DNA from: Epithemia pelagica
Lineage: Eukaryota; Protista; Bacillariophyta
DNA length: 64,000 bases
NCBI GenBank assembly: GCA_946965045.2
Contig: OX337228.1
Coordinates: 186,001-250,000 of the forward strand
Direction of reading: 5' to 3'
Part shown: positions 62,248-64,000 of the stretch, in pieces
Position numbering within the stretch: the first letter of the stretch is position 1
Layout of the letters: every line of letters starts with the position of its first letter
Position numbers and translations under genes: made by a program
Notes under the pieces: model-generated
Told to the model about the DNA's origin: nothing
Database searches by the model: none
What the model saw: only the letters and a program-made list of their open reading frames with translations

Positions 62248-63572
62248 TCATGGACACAACAAGACGAGCCATTCCCCATCCACACACAAACTGCTGCGAA
62301 ACGAAGAAACACCATAGCTACCTCAAGAAAAGGTCGATTCATACGATATCTGCTGTAGACTGAGAGTGATCCTAGACTGAGAATTTTTCTTGTTCCCGGT
62401 GGTCCTCCTCCAACCTTGAAGATCGACCAGCTACTATTATAGCGTAATCCTATTGCCCCTACGTAATATATCTACGATCTAGCTAGAATGGGAGACAACG
62501 ATGGGGCCGCGTCCGTTTCGTCCTATGGAGACATATCGGTATTCGGTATTGCTTGTGGTTGATTGTGCAGAGGTGGTTATTTTATTTTTTGAGATCTCTC
62601 CAGTCTCCAGAAAAGTGAGCGAGGCTTGCTTTTGGTTTGGATCCTCTGGCGAAATGTGACATGTCCTTGGGCCCGATGTCCCTGTTCGTGTTTATCCCTT
62701 GATAGGCCCTTCGGGTTTAATTAGGGCGAAGATTTTTTGGTCAGATTTTTCTATGGGTCAAATGTCAACTGGTGTGGGTCCCAAATCCCAAATAGCAGAC
62801 TTTTTGGTTGGAGCTGTACATGGATCATTAGACGATGCTGGATGCCTGTGCTTCTGATTGCCAACCAGATCTGACCGCTCGTGTCCTCCGATGGAAAGCC
62901 CTTATCGTAGCGGTTTTTCCATCTTGCACATTTGGACTCTTCACTAAAATGGCATAAAGGATCTTTCCCCCTAAAGTCGAAGCACAAAATGACAAATCAA
63001 AACGATGGAAATCTTCGTGTTTACACGAGCGTCACGCAGGTTTGAACGGTTGAGAGCATCTTTCATCCTACAAACGCAAAAACGTCGAACGCCGAATTCA
63101 TTCGTTGGAGTAATCGAAACGACCTCCTTGTGGATATATCTTGTTCGGCTCCCAAAAGACACTTGGAGGAATCGACTCGGACGGGAATGCCAACGTCCAT
63201 TGGATGGAACATAGAGCATCATTTCTCCTGCGCTGTGGAGTATATAGAGACTCTATAGTATAGTTGTGTGTTGTTATTCCACTTGGATGAGGGTCACAAA
63301 GCTATATAGTAGGAACCCATCCCGAAAAAATGAATCCATTTCCTGTCGTTCCTGGCAAATTCGGGTCATAGGACAAGGCGTGGATTCCATCGTCCAAACC
63401 TGGCACAAATGGATCCTTGGTACCCGGAATAATACTCCCATGGTCTTTTGTTGCGGTCCTTTTCAGACAGGCGACAAACCTATCCCTGAGTACCACAAGT
63501 GACCCCAACAACAACAACCAGAGAACGACAATGGTGCCAGTGGCTCTCCCGACAAGGAACCCTTCCACTCAC

Positions 63573-64000
63573 TCAGGAAGTGGGTGACGAGGGAGTTGGT
63601 TCGGCTGCCGTGTCACGGTCGGTATCCTGCGGATTGGGGTCTCTGCTGGGGTGTGCCGCACAGGCGGCAATCGCCGCCGCTTGCGCCGCCGCCAATTGCT
63701 CTTCCAATTCTTGGACGCGTTCGGCATAGGTTTCATTTTCGTGCGTCAATCGCGCCATGGACTTTTCATTCTTGTACACGGTTTCATTAAAGGTGCTTCG
63801 TACCTTGACCAACTCCGATTTGAGCGATTGAATTTCCTCTTGTTGTTGTTCCGTCAAACGTTCCAACTCGGCCATTTTTTTGAGATAGTGTTCGTCCGGT
63901 ACCACTGGTTCGTCCGAGGCTGGGTCCGCGTTGCTGGTTGTGGCGGCTGTCGCCGCCGCGGCGGCTGCCCCACCTCCGACAAAACTGGACAACCATCCTC
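63573..64000 (-). CDS. 3' end of a coiled-coil protein gene extending beyond the window
   Basis: Open frame from the window edge to a stop at 63573; heptad region MAELERLTEQQQEEIQSLKSELVKV. Confidence 0.65.
   Translation of the reverse strand, partial: GWLSSFVGGGAAAAAATAATTSNADPASDEPVVPDEHYLKKMAELERLTEQQQEEIQSLKSELVKVRSTFNETVYKNEKSMARLTHENETYAERVQELEEQLAAAQAAAIAACAAHPSRDPNPQDTDRDTAAEPTPSSPTS

Overview
Eukaryotic nuclear DNA, not prokaryotic: short GT-AG introns, AAC/CAA-rich low-complexity proteins and an HSF/HMG/CXC gene set. It is most consistent with a pennate diatom (inference from gene content and codon style only). Recognisable genes: GRIP golgin, 2OG-Fe(II) oxygenase-domain protein, STK19-like gene plus a frameshifted duplicate, three PIG-F/GPI11-like copies, mitochondrial HSP70, PP1 catalytic subunit, HSF, a RusA-like resolvase with a possible plastid leader, OXA1/YidC, a SMYD-like SET protein, a Uma2-like PD-(D/E)xK protein, a tesmin/LIN54 CXC protein, a double HMG-box protein and a CRAL-TRIO-like protein. 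The region 9.4-37.6 kb is rearranged by tandem and inverted duplications around a 7-kb piggyBac-like element (19128-26103). The element has an intron-containing transposase, two cargo ORFs, long diverged inverted ends and no TTAA duplication. Two structures stand out. (1) At 26.1-27.9 kb, CACCCC...GGGGTG-bounded modules are separated by short hairpin junctions whose stems show compensatory changes. (2) At 45.5 kb, a ~190-bp foldback has four strictly periodic, non-complementary GAGGA/GACAA internal loops separated by unique complementary 8-mers. All family assignments are from motif recognition by eye; no database search was run.
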